Positions 48,215 to 58,655 are shown, counted from the whole stretch's first letter. The stretch: 63,677 bases of DNA, filler included, from a candidate division TA06 bacterium SM23_40 (GCA_001303705.1; 6 parts of 6 records of this genome joined end to end with filler, not necessarily neighbours in it), one strand, 5' to 3'. A program made the numbers and translations. Notes: generated from the letters alone by a model not told the origin.

Positions 48215-51200
48215 ATGACGAAGGAGCGGATCGGGAACTATGAGATACTGAGCGAATGTGGGCGAGGAGCACTCTCCCGCGTCCTCGAGGTTGTCGACTC
48301 CCGATCCGGAACAGTATGCGCCCTCAAGCAGGCGCTCAGCGAGAGCGAGGCGTGCCGCTGGCACCTCGTACAGGAGTTCGAGACGCTCTCGCGGCTCTCA
48401 CATCCCAATATCATACGAGTACTCGACTGCGGCACCTCTGACGACGGCAGGTTCTACTTCACGATGGAGTACGTGGAGGGGGTGCCTGTCACCCAGGCTC
48501 TCCAGGGGTACAGCAAGAACCTCGTCCATGTAATCGGTCAACTGCTTGATGCACTGATCTACATCCATTCCCAGGGTCTTGTCCACGGCGACATCAAGCC
48601 GACCAACATCCTCGTCGCCAAGGACGCGAGCGCCTCCGACCCACTTCCCCGAGCCCTGCTAACCGACTTCGGATTCTCACACCATCCCATCGCAGACTAC
48701 CACGACAGGCTTGGAGGTACTATCGGGTACGCCGCTCCCGAACTGCTGAGGGGTGAGCAGCTCGACGGCAGAGCCGACCTCTATTCTCTCGGTCTCGTCA
48801 TCTACCAGATACTGACCGGCAGGATTCCCTACCGGGCCGACCGGCCTATCGAAGTCCTCAGGGAGCAGTTCACCGAGGATCTGGATCCGCCGCGCTCGAT
48901 CGCTCCGGATGTCTCTTCCGACGTAGACCAGCTCATCGAACGGCTCATCGCCCGGAGAGCATGCGATCGAGTATCATGTGCAGAAGAGGCGCGCGCTCTC
49001 CTGTCGCCCGACCATCCGGACCGGGCGCGCCCGACGATTCGATCAGGGGTAGTCTGGCGTCTTGCCCTCCCCTTCGTTGGACGGACTGAGGAGCGAGCGA
49101 AGGTCCACGAGCTCTATCAGCTCGCGTGTCAGGGAAAGGGACAGGTGGTTCTCGTCAAAGGCTGCAGGGGAATCGGCAAAAGTCGACTGCTCCGCGAGAT
49201 CGCCGTCGAGCTCCAGCTACAGGGAGCACGGGTCGTGAGCGTCTCGTTCACCGGCTCCGCTCTCGACTCCCTCGAGGCGATCCAGCGGAGATGGGGGCGA
49301 TCGCCCTCCTCAGGGCGCGGCGAAATCTCGCCAGGGGACGACCGTGGAACGATGCGCCTGTTCAGACATATGCTCGACGATCTGACAGCCGGCACACACG
49401 CCCGACCGAAAGCGAGCCGAGCTATGGTCCTCATCATAGACGATGCACATCTCGCGGATCGCTCCTCCAGGGAGTTCCTGCGGTACATGCTCCACTCCAT
49501 CCGTCAGCGGCATATCCTCGCCCTGCTCGCTGCGGGAAGCGACGAAGCGCTGGAACGTACCTTCACCACCAACGATCAGGATACGACACTCACAACGATT
49601 CACCTCGATCCACTGAGCAGAATAGAGACGGTCTCTCTTGTCTCCCAGGCACTGGGCGCCCACGTCCAGGGAGATGAGATCTACGATGCTGTATATGACG
49701 AGACCCGAGGGAATCCCCTCCTCATCAGGGATCGACTCGCAGCGGCAGACGGAACGACCGGGACACCTCTACCTGCGACGCGGCCGATCCTCTCAGAAGT
49801 CGCAGACAAGATTGGCGACACCATCGCGGCGCTCCCCGGTCTGGAGCGTGGCATACTCGCGGTCGCCGCTCTGGCGCCCGGCCGGACATCGATCGGCCTC
49901 CTGACCGCCGTCCTCGACCAGGCCCCTGGTCCCCTGCTCGAGGCCCTTTCCGTGCTGGAGCGGAAACACATACTCACCGCCACCCGCACCGAGACATCAG
50001 GTCCACCCATCTATGAGTTCGATGACCGAACATCGCGAGACGTAGCATCAGAGTTGGTCTCGTCCGAAGAACGTCAGCATATCCATGCCCGCATAGCGGG
50101 ATACCTCTCCGAGTTGCCGTCCTCGGAGGAGGCGACGGTCGCTGCAGACATCGCCTACCATCTCCTCCAGGCCGGGCGAGACGTTGAAGCACGTCCCCAT
50201 GCGAGAAGGGCTGGATACTCTGCACTCCAGTATGGTGATCGCCACGCGGCGGCGCGATACCTCGCGGCGTCACTCCCTCCGGGGCACGGAGAGCGTCCCA
50301 CCGATGAGGAGTGCAGCACGATCTCTTTGCTTGTCGAGCTGTACGAGAAGCTGGGGCAGCCGCTCGAGGCTGCCGAATGGCAGCAACGTCTCGTCGACAC
50401 GAGACGACGCGACCAGGACCTCCCCGCGCTTCCCGAGCTCGAACGTCTGGAACTTCGTATGGCATCGCTCCTCAGAGCCGCCGGGCGGTACGACGAGGCT
50501 CTGACGCATCTCTACAGTGTGGCGCAGGCAGACGATCCAGTACTGCGAGCCCGCGCGTCTGCGGAGCGCGCCCGGATCCACGGGCTCACCGGCCAGATCG
50601 AGATGGCGACGACTGCCGGCGACGAGGCGCTCGCACTGCTCAACTCGATCGAGGATCCTGGCGAGCGGAGTGCCGTTCTCCATGCAGGAGCAATCGCTCA
50701 CTGGCGGGCGCGAAATACCGAGAAAGCACTCATACTCTGTGACCGGGGCCTCGCCTCGGCCTCCAGGTCGTCAGACGAGGAGATGGAGGCGAGACTCTGG
50801 GGGCTGCGATCCATCCTCCTCGGTGAGACCGGAGCGTTCGAGGAGGCGCTCACAAGCCACGAGACAACCCTCCGCCTGCAGAGGCAGATCGGGGACGTGC
50901 GGGGCGAGATGCTCACCTACTACAATCTGGGCCGTCTGGCTCAGGACAGGGGTGATTGGCCCGAGGCGGTGAGGTACTTCAAAGGGGCCCTCCCCATCGC
51001 CGAACGCGTGGGTGACGCGTCCATGACAGCAAAGATCTGTCATGCCTATGCCGTTGTCAAGAAGGAGCAGGGAGAGTGGCCTGAGGCGGCCCGGCTCCTC
51101 GAGCAAAGCGCCGATCTCTATCGCCGTCTCGGCGAGCAGGCGGACTGGGCATCCTGCCTCGACAGCCTGGCCCTGATTAGGGCCGGTCAGGGAGAGGTGG

Positions 51201-53116
51201 ACGAGGCGTTTGCGCTGCTCCAGCAGGGAATGGAGCTTCGCGAGCGTTCCAGCGGGAGGAGTTCCCTTGGCTTCAGTCACCAGAAGTTCGGCCAGCTGTA
51301 CCTCGAACGGGAGCAGTTCCAGGAGGCGAAGAAATATCTGTCGAGAGCATTGAAGTCATTCGATGCGCAGGGCATATCGAACAAGGCTGCCGGGACTGCC
51401 ATCCTCCTCGCGGAGACGAATATCCGACTTGGACATCTCGTAGCCGCTCGCCGTCTGATCGACCGGGCGCTCCGCCTCTGGGGCGATGCCTGTCCGGATC
51501 TGGATCGCGGGGATGCACACCGTGTACAGGCGCTCCTCGCGGCCGAGCGGCGACGTACGGAAGAAGCCAGACACCACTTCGATGAGAGCATCCGGATCCT
51601 CCGCAATCTGGGTGCCCGCCCTCTCCTGGCGAAGACCCTCACCCAGGTTGCGCGCTGGCTGCTCGAGGAACACCTAGCCCGAGCAGGGACCTCGAGAGAC
51701 GAACGGGGAGTTGCCAGGGCGCAACCGCTCTCACCGAAAACCCACGAGTACCTGAAGGAGGTGAGAACCATTTATACCTCTATGGACGCAAAACTATACT
51801 GGTCCGCGCTCGACGGGCTCGTCGATTCAGCATTCGACTTGCTCGGCCCGGGCGGGCCTGCCGTCCACGACCAGGACCGCCTCATGAGGGCCTTCTCCGA
51901 GTTCGGCCAGATCATCCAGCGGATCGACGACCGGCAGGCCCTGCTCACGGAACTCCTCGATCGGCTGATCGAGCTCCTGAGAGCAGAACGGGGCGCGCTC
52001 TTTGTCTGTCGCTCTGATCTCGACACGCCGTTTATGGCAGTGGGCAGAAACATGGACAGCGTCTCTGTAGACGATGCATCGAAACTCTCACGCCAGGCGG
52101 TCAGGGCTGCCACCGCCACTTCTCGACTCATCGTCGTAGGAGATGCGGAGAACGATCCGTCGTGGAAAGATTACCCGAGCATTCGCCTCAATCACATCAG
52201 ATCACTCCTCTGTGCGCCGCTCATAGTGGGAGGATCGGTAAAAGGTGCGCTCTATCTCGACAGCAGCCTCGAAGCAGACCTGTTCACCGAGGACGCCCAG
52301 AGCTTCGTCGCCGGCCTGGCTGCCCTTGTGGGGGGCGTGCTCGACGCCTCCGACCTGTACGAGCGGACGCTGAGAGAGAACGTGCAGTTGCGGAGCCAGC
52401 TCGGAAAGCCACATGCGTTTCGCGACATCATCGGTGAGTCGCCCGCCCTGGCCCAGGCCCTCCAGCTCGCCGAGCGAGTAGCATCCACCGACGTGGTCAT
52501 TCTCGTCCAGGGCGAGACCGGGACGGGCAAGGATCTTCTGGCACAGGCGATCCACAACTGCAGCAGCCGGCGGGATGGACCGTTCCTCAGAGTCGATTGC
52601 GGGGCCCTTCCGGAGACGCTCCTCCAGTCCGAGTTGTTCGGCCACGCGAAAGGAGCATTCACCGGCGCCCACCGCCAGCGGAACGGCCTGATCCGCCAGG
52701 CCGACGGCGGGACGCTCTTCCTCGACGAGATCGGGAATGCTCCCGAATCGGTGCAGCGGATGTTGCTAACGGTGCTTGAGTCTGGCGAGGTGAGGAGTAT
52801 CGGCGACGATGCCTGGAAGAAGGTCGATGTGAGGATCATCTGCGCCACCAACCAGGACCTGGCTGCGCGCGCCGCGGGCAACAGGTTCAGACAGGACCTC
52901 TTCTATCGAATCAGCGGGGTGACTGTCGAACTCCCGCGCCTCTGTGAGCGAGGCATGGACATTCTTCTCCTCGCCGAGCACTTCGTCGAACTCGCCGCCA
53001 AGCAGCTCAACCGGAATGTCCGTCGCTTCGATTCCTCGGTGCAGTCGTGTCTTACCCAACACAGTTGGCCCGGCAATGTCCGCGAGCTGCAGAACTGTGT
53101 CCAGCGGGCGGTCGCC
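48215..53116 (+). CDS. Ser/Thr kinase - AAA/STAND ATPase - TPR - GAF - sigma54 activator (truncated before HTH)
   Basis: HGDIKPTN, DFG, YAAPE; GCRGIGKS, IDDAH, GNPL; TPRs; GAF RSLLCAPL..GALYLD; GETGTGK, GAFTGA, LFLDEIG, WPGNVREL. Confidence 0.9.
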
Positions 53117-53216
53117 NNNNNNNNNNNNNNNNNNNNNNNNNNNNNNNNNNNNNNNNNNNNTTAATTAATTAANNNNNNNNNNNNNNNNNNNNNNNNNNNN
53201 NNNNNNNNNNNNNNNN
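53117..53216. other. artificial contig linker
   Basis: N/TTAATTAATTAA/N. Confidence 0.98.
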
Positions 53217-55316
53217 AGGCTCACGCTCCCTGAGTGCGGCACTACGGTTGAGGTTGGAAGTCCTGAGCTTCCGATGATTCGAGCCACCATTGCGATCCCG
53301 TTCGGCGCTGAACCGACCCTGAGGGTGGTCGAGAGATCGTCAGAGACCCACCCCGGGTATCGGATCTATCCGTTCCAGCAGCCGACGACCGACGCCAGTG
53401 ACTCTCGATCATTCTCCATCGACCATCACGTCTATGGACAGAACGCCCTGTACCCGGCTACCCGGGCGTGGCTGGGAGATGAGGGCATCTGGCGTGATCT
53501 CAATGTTGTTGTCATAGAGGTTGCTCCGTTCCGGTTCAACCCGGCCACCGGGGACCTCGAGGTGACGACTTCAATAACGGTGGAAATCCTCCACAACGCC
53601 GGCCGGGATGCGAGCTTCCTCCAGGAAGGCGAGGCCGGCATTTCGCCGAGATTCGAGCGACTCTATCGCGGACAGGTGCTGAACCTCGATGCCATAGGGG
53701 TGACGGGCGAAGTGGCAAGACCGAGCGTGGATGATCCCGGTACCCAGTACCTCATCATCACGCACCCTGATTTCGAGACGGCCATTCAGCCTCTCGCTGA
53801 CTGGCACCAGCGTCGCGGCCTGCGGACAGAAGTGCTCGTGATGAACACCACCAGCTACACGCAGGTCAAGAACGAGATCACGAACCGGTACAACAACGGT
53901 GAACTCGACTACGTCCTCCTCGTCGGGGATGTCAACTACATTCCGGTCTACTACTGGAGCGGGCACCTGAGCGATATCTGGTATGCGTGCATTACGGGTT
54001 CCCCGGATCTGTACGCCGATCTGGGACTGGGCAGGCTTTCGGTAACCAGTGCCAGTCAGGTCGAAGACCAGGTGGATAAGATTCTCCTGTACGCCAAGTC
54101 CCCGCCGCTCGGTGACTGGCTCATGAAGGTCGTCCTCGTGGCGCATAAAGAAGGAGCTCCCGGGAAGTATGTCGGATGCAAAGAGTACATCCGGAACTAT
54201 ATAATCTCGGGCCACGGGTTGACGATCGATACTATCTATGGCCACCTGAGCAGTGGCACGAATGCCGCTGTGACTGCGGCGATCAACGATGGTCGCAATA
54301 TCGTCAACTACCGCGGCCACGGCATGACCGGGTACTGGCAGGCCTGGAGCTACTACAACGAGAACTGGACGACCGGTAATGTCTATTCCCTGTCGAACGG
54401 GGAGCAGACGCCGATCGTCTTCAACATCGCCTGCAACAACCACCAGATCCAGTACGCGTGCCTGGGCGAGGTCTGGATGAGCAAGTATCCGGGGGCAGCG
54501 GTGGCCTCCCTGGGTGCATCCGATCCGTCCTATACGACTCCGAACCACGACTTCGACAAGCAGCTCTTCGACGCCATCTACAACGAGGCCATCTGGGACA
54601 TCGGGTACGTGCTCAACGATGCCTCGTACGAGACGATGATGTTGCACGGCTATTATGGCCAAGAGAATACCAAGATGTACTTCTGGCTCGGCGATCCCGC
54701 CACTGAGGTATGGACGGCGATCCCAAGCCAGCTCGATGGCGAGCATCCTGGCACCGTTCCTCTCGGGCCGAGCAGCTTCACCGTGACCGTGACGTCCGGC
54801 GGATCTCCTGTCCAGGGAGCCCTGGTCTGCGCGTCCAAGGGCACTGAGGTCCATGAAACCGGCCTGACGAACTTCAGCGGCCAGGTGACGCTCTCTATCG
54901 ATGTCGCGACACCGGGAGAGCTTCTCGTCACCGCGACGAAGCACGACTATCTGGCCTATGAGGGTGAGGCGCTGGTCGGTGACTCGCCGATCACCATCAC
55001 ACTCGTCCCCGATCAGACGAGCGTCCCGCGCGGCGGCACGCTCTCGCTGACGGCACACGTCGAGAATACGACGAATGTGCAGCAGACCTTCGACGGCTGG
55101 ACGATGGTGGAGTTGCCGAACGGCAATCCGTTCGGTCCGGTTGCCGGTCCGCAGACGGTCACATTGGGGCCGTATGGATCAGCCCAGAAGGCGCTGTCGC
55201 ATGCGGTGCCGATGAACGCCCCGCTCGGGATGTACACGTACTTCGGATACGTCGGTACATATCCGGGCACTGTGTGGGACGAAGATTCGTTTGATTTCCA
55301 GGTCACGACTGAGTAG
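53217..55316 (+). CDS. C25 (gingipain-family) cysteine peptidase with propeptide and C-terminal beta domains (5' truncated)
   Basis: G.PELP propeptide, YLIIT, YVLLVGD, GRLS, NYRGHG (His), NIACNN (Cys), LGDPA. Confidence 0.9.
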   Translation, partial: RLTLPECGTTVEVGSPELPMIRATIAIPFGAEPTLRVVERSSETHPGYRIYPFQQPTTDASDSRSFSIDHHVYGQNALYPATRAWLGDEGIWRDLNVVVIEVAPFRFNPATGDLEVTTSITVEILHNAGRDASFLQEGEAGISPRFERLYRGQVLNLDAIGVTGEVARPSVDDPGTQYLIITHPDFETAIQPLADWHQRRGLRTEVLVMNTTSYTQVKNEITNRYNNGELDYVLLVGDVNYIPVYYWSGHLSDIWYACITGSPDLYADLGLGRLSVTSASQVEDQVDKILLYAKSPPLGDWLMKVVLVAHKEGAPGKYVGCKEYIRNYIISGHGLTIDTIYGHLSSGTNAAVTAAINDGRNIVNYRGHGMTGYWQAWSYYNENWTTGNVYSLSNGEQTPIVFNIACNNHQIQYACLGEVWMSKYPGAAVASLGASDPSYTTPNHDFDKQLFDAIYNEAIWDIGYVLNDASYETMMLHGYYGQENTKMYFWLGDPATEVWTAIPSQLDGEHPGTVPLGPSSFTVTVTSGGSPVQGALVCASKGTEVHETGLTNFSGQVTLSIDVATPGELLVTATKHDYLAYEGEALVGDSPITITLVPDQTSVPRGGTLSLTAHVENTTNVQQTFDGWTMVELPNGNPFGPVAGPQTVTLGPYGSAQKALSHAVPMNAPLGMYTYFGYVGTYPGTVWDEDSFDFQVTTE

Positions 55317-55444
55317 GCGCAGCCGCGTAGGCGCCGGCGCCCGATTGCTTGGTCTCGGGCCAGTTGGCTCATGCTGAGCGATTCGGCGTCGCCGTTGCGT
55401 CAGCGCTGCGACTGAGAGCCTCCACACAGGGGCAAGCAGATGAG

Positions 55445-55487
55445 AAAGAGGGGCTCCCTCCGATGGATTGGTGGGAGCCCCCTTTAT
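55445..55487 (+). terminator. probable intrinsic terminator
   Basis: GGGGCTCCC/GGGAGCCCC stem flanked by AAAG and CTTTAT. Confidence 0.55.
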
Positions 55488-55543
55488 GCTGTCCGGGGGA
55501 GTATGTGGATTCCTCTGACCCGGGGCGCTGATTCTCTTAGCCC

Positions 55544-55572
55544 TTGACGCGGCCAGGGATGAGTCGTACTAT
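55544..55572 (+). promoter_or_regulatory. sigma70 promoter
   Basis: TTGACG-N17-TACTAT. Confidence 0.65.
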
Positions 55573-55625
55573 TACCCATGGAAGTCGAGAAGTCCGACCC
55601 AGCGGGGCAAGGGGGATGATGAGAC

Positions 55626-56804
55626 GTGAGAATCCTTCTCTTCACCGGTAAGGGAGGGGTTGGCAAGACCGCTGTCTCCGCGGCAAGCGCACTGCGCTGC
55701 GCCGGTCTCGGTAAGAAGACCCTCGTCATCAGCACCGATTCGGCGCACAGCCTCTCTGACTGCTTCGAACAGCCCCTGTCGAATGAGGTCCGTCGGATCG
55801 CTCCTCGCCTCTACGGCAAAGAGATCAACGTCTACGACGAGATAAAGCATAACTGGGGAACGATTCAGAACTACCTCTCCATCTTCCTCCGCTCCCAGGG
55901 GATCGACAGCGCAGTCTCGGAAGAGCTCGCTGTATTCCCTGGAATGGAGGAGCTCTTCAGTCTTATGGATCTGCGTGAGTACAGCGCGGCGGAGTCGTAC
56001 GACGTCGTCATAGTCGACTGCGCTCCCACGGCAGGCACTCTCCGGCTGCTCAGTTTCCCTGATGTGATCCAGTGGTATATGGAACGGTTCTTCCCTATCG
56101 AGCGCAAACTGGTGAAGACCGTCAAGCCCCTGGCACAGCGTCTCTGGTCGGTGCCGCTGCCGGACGACGAAGTGTATGCCTCGTTCGAGGATCTCTACCG
56201 TCGGATCGAGGGCATAAAGGAGATATTGACCGATACGAGCCTCTGTTCGGTGCGGTTGATCATCAATCCTGAAAAGATGGTGATCCAGGAGGCGAGGCGC
56301 GCCTTCACGTACCTCCATCTGTTCGGGTTCGGTGTCGATCTCGTCATCGTCAATCGAGTCATTCCCGACGACGTGACCGATTCCTATTTCAGCGGGTGGA
56401 AGAAGACGCAGAAGGAGCGGCTCCGTGAGATAGGCGAATCGTTTTCTCCTCTGCCGATCCTGACGAGCCGGTTCTTCCCGCACGAGGTGGTCGGGCGGAC
56501 GCATCTACTCCGCATGGCTGACGAGATATACGGAGATCGCTCGCCGGCTGACGTCTTTTGTCGAGAAGAGCCGGTGAAGATTTCGGGGAGCGATGGACAC
56601 TATCGTCTCTCCCTCGCGCTGCCGTTTACTGACAAGGGTGACCTGGACGTGTGGCTCCGGGGCGAGGAGCTCGTGATCAAAGTGCGAGACCAGAGGCGGA
56701 ATCTCTTTCTTCCGCGCGCGCTCGCTGGTCTCCGCCTCCTCGGAGCGACCTTTGCTGACGGTCAACTGACCGTTGAGTTTGGAGGTGATGAGGATGCCGG
56801 ATGA
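55626..56804 (+). CDS. ArsA/Get3-family ATPase with C-terminal HSP20 (alpha-crystallin-like) domain
   Basis: GKGGVGKT, STDSAHSLSD, PGMEE, DCAPTAGTLRLL, NPEKMV; C-terminal L.LPF...GEELVIKV..QRRNL.LP..L. Confidence 0.9.
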   Translation: MRILLFTGKGGVGKTAVSAASALRCAGLGKKTLVISTDSAHSLSDCFEQPLSNEVRRIAPRLYGKEINVYDEIKHNWGTIQNYLSIFLRSQGIDSAVSEELAVFPGMEELFSLMDLREYSAAESYDVVIVDCAPTAGTLRLLSFPDVIQWYMERFFPIERKLVKTVKPLAQRLWSVPLPDDEVYASFEDLYRRIEGIKEILTDTSLCSVRLIINPEKMVIQEARRAFTYLHLFGFGVDLVIVNRVIPDDVTDSYFSGWKKTQKERLREIGESFSPLPILTSRFFPHEVVGRTHLLRMADEIYGDRSPADVFCREEPVKISGSDGHYRLSLALPFTDKGDLDVWLRGEELVIKVRDQRRNLFLPRALAGLRLLGATFADGQLTVEFGGDEDAG

Positions 56805-56982
56805 GCTGTGTGAGTACTGTCCCTTTTGTTATTTCCTCTCCAGAATGCTGAAGTCGGAGGCTGGAGTCCACCTGCGCAACGCTCGCAAAGAGGTGTTGCT
56901 GGCCATGCGGTCAGTCCTGGATGAGGAGATTGCTCGCAGCGAGGAAAAGAAACAGAAGATGAAGAAAGTCAAAGTCAAGTGA
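56794..56982 (+). CDS. small Cys-motif protein, translationally coupled to the ATPase
   Basis: GGAGG SD; CEYCPFC, HLRNARKEVLLAMRSVLD, C-terminal KKVKVK. Confidence 0.75.
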   Translation: MPDELCEYCPFCYFLSRMLKSEAGVHLRNARKEVLLAMRSVLDEEIARSEEKKQKMKKVKVK

Positions 56983-57386
56983 CCTCAATCTTCTCGCTGT
57001 CGCGACAGACAGATGGGAGGGCTATGTCGAGCCCGTCGCAATAGACTGATATACCCTTACGTCCCTCGGCAAGGAGTCCCGGGTCGGTCGATTCGGTGGG
57101 GATCAGGGATGTGAGTGCCGCCGGGCGAGCCGGTCCGCTATGCTGAGGCCGTGCTTACGGCAGTATTCGGCGAAGGCATGGGGATTCTTCCCCATGCCCT
57201 GCGCATTTTGCCCTGCGCCCTATCTTGCTGTCAACTGGGGTATGTACACGGTCTCCCACGCCCTGCCGCCGGCAAATGGGTCAGATTGCGCAGCACAGAG
57301 CGACAGGTTGACCGAGAGACCACGGAGTGATCCTTCCATGTCCCTGAATAGTGGTCAGTTCGGGGCCTCGTGCTTGCCTCTGCACC

Positions 57387-57402
57387 TGGCACGGTTCTTG
57401 CA
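57387..57402 (+). promoter_or_regulatory. sigma54 (-24/-12) promoter
   Basis: TGGCACGGTTCTTGCA, a perfect TGGCACG-N4-TTGC. Confidence 0.8.
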
Positions 57403-57481
57403 AAAGCAGGGAATGCCGGAGGTGTGGAGTGCCGGAGCGAGCCAGTTGGTTGACACCGAGGTCTTCACCGAGGGGATCGCG

Positions 57482-57907
57482 ATGGGAAGAAAGATCGAAC
57501 GCCTGTATGACGGGTATGCCTCACTCGAAGCCAGCCTCGGCATCATCGGGGAGGCTGATCCGGACAGCTTGTGGTCCTTCTTCAGCACTCACTGCGAGGA
57601 TTTCGCCAATCTCGATGGAGTGCCGCGAGAGACGTTCAAGCGCGTCTATGCCGCGCTGGAGAAGGCGCGGAAACGGATCGAGTTCGACGAGGATCCGAGG
57701 GCTGTCTGTCTCTATTCGAGACTGCCAAATCGAACCTGTCTGGTGATGCTCGTCTCCCCCACCAATGAGATGGGAATCGGAGACGGGGACTCGAATAAGG
57801 CCTGCGTCCAGTGGAATCTATTCGCTGAGGAAGAGACTATGATATTCCTCGAAGTGTTCAAAGAGAGGATACTGTGGGCGAAGGAGGTGAAGCCGGCCCT
57901 CCACTAG
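57482..57907 (+). CDS. hypothetical protein
   Basis: GAGGGG SD before ATG57482; downstream of the sigma54 promoter. Confidence 0.7.
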   Translation: MGRKIERLYDGYASLEASLGIIGEADPDSLWSFFSTHCEDFANLDGVPRETFKRVYAALEKARKRIEFDEDPRAVCLYSRLPNRTCLVMLVSPTNEMGIGDGDSNKACVQWNLFAEEETMIFLEVFKERILWAKEVKPALH

Positions 57908-58064
57908 GTATTCTGATAGCTCGCGGACCGCGCCCGCTCGGCGAGGAGCAGTGATATCTTCCCGAGAGGGCGGCGGTCGCATGATTCCAGTCCTCACCAG
58001 GGGACCTGATCGCTCTCATTGGGAGCATCCGGTCCTCTTCTTCATCGTGGTACCCGTGTTCGTG

Positions 58065-58159
58065 GGGGAATGCCAGGCCGCACGGGGAAGCTCGGGGCGC
58101 ACGGGGAATGCTACGGCGCACGGGGAATGCCAGGGCGCACGGGGAAGGTCAGGGCGCAC
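58065..58159. repeat. 19-bp tandem array, 5 units (GGGGAA-variable-GCGCAC)
   Basis: Units at 58065, 58084, 58103, 58122, 58141. Confidence 0.88.
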
Positions 58160-58228
58160 CGAGATGGAGAGGCCCGTTGAGGACGTGGCGTTACGAGGCG
58201 ACATAGCCACAGATGGAAGGCTTTGCGA

Positions 58229-58257
58229 TTGACAGATGGGGACAAGTCTGCTACGTT
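58229..58257 (+). promoter_or_regulatory. sigma70 promoter
   Basis: TTGACA-N17-TACGTT with TG extension. Confidence 0.55.
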
Positions 58258-58311
58258 CTCCGCATTGAAGGCGATGCATACCGGACGAGCGGGCCACTCA
58301 GCGAGGTGAAG

Positions 58312-58408
58312 ATGGTATGCTCGAGGGGGATTATCACGGCAGCGGCTCTCTGGCTGCTCCTCGTCCTCGTTCCTGTATATGCCGGAGCTGAGGCCGCTGA
58401 CCCGCCGG
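58312..58408 (+). CDS. 5' end of a secreted protein (truncated)
   Basis: GAGGTG SD; MVCSRGIITAAALWLLLVLVPVYAGAEA signal peptide. Confidence 0.6.
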
Positions 58409-58508
58409 NNNNNNNNNNNNNNNNNNNNNNNNNNNNNNNNNNNNNNNNNNNNTTAATTAATTAANNNNNNNNNNNNNNNNNNNNNNNNNNNNNNNNNNNN
58501 NNNNNNNN
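58409..58508. other. artificial contig linker
   Basis: N/TTAATTAATTAA/N. Confidence 0.98.
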
Positions 58509-58655
58509 GACGAGCCACATCCCTGTACATCGGCTCCTCGGTGCACCAATTGAGCCTCAGGAGGACGAGCGCCCCCACGAGGTTCGCGTCGAATGAGGGG
58601 TTCTCGACGAGCGCAGCGGCGGGTGGCCACGACTCGCCTGAATGAGCGACGAAGA
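58509..58655. repeat. 147-bp direct copy of 59154-59300 (4 clustered mismatches)
   Basis: Identical except positions 58603, 58605, 58609, 58611. Confidence 0.92.

Noticed and set aside
55626..56804. Arsenic-resistance ArsA, linked to the ArsB-like transporter at 22564-23865
   Set aside because: Single ATPase domain with HSP20 tail, no arsR/C/D nearby, and the transporter is on a different contig
58065..58159. Degenerate type I-E CRISPR array
   Set aside because: Period is 19 bp; variable parts are about 7 nt and mutually similar; no palindromic repeat and no cas genes
18775..58508. Five identical TTAATTAATTAA motifs inside N-runs, and ORFs ending in XXXLIN
   Set aside because: Artificial contig-joining linkers; gene adjacency across them is meaningless
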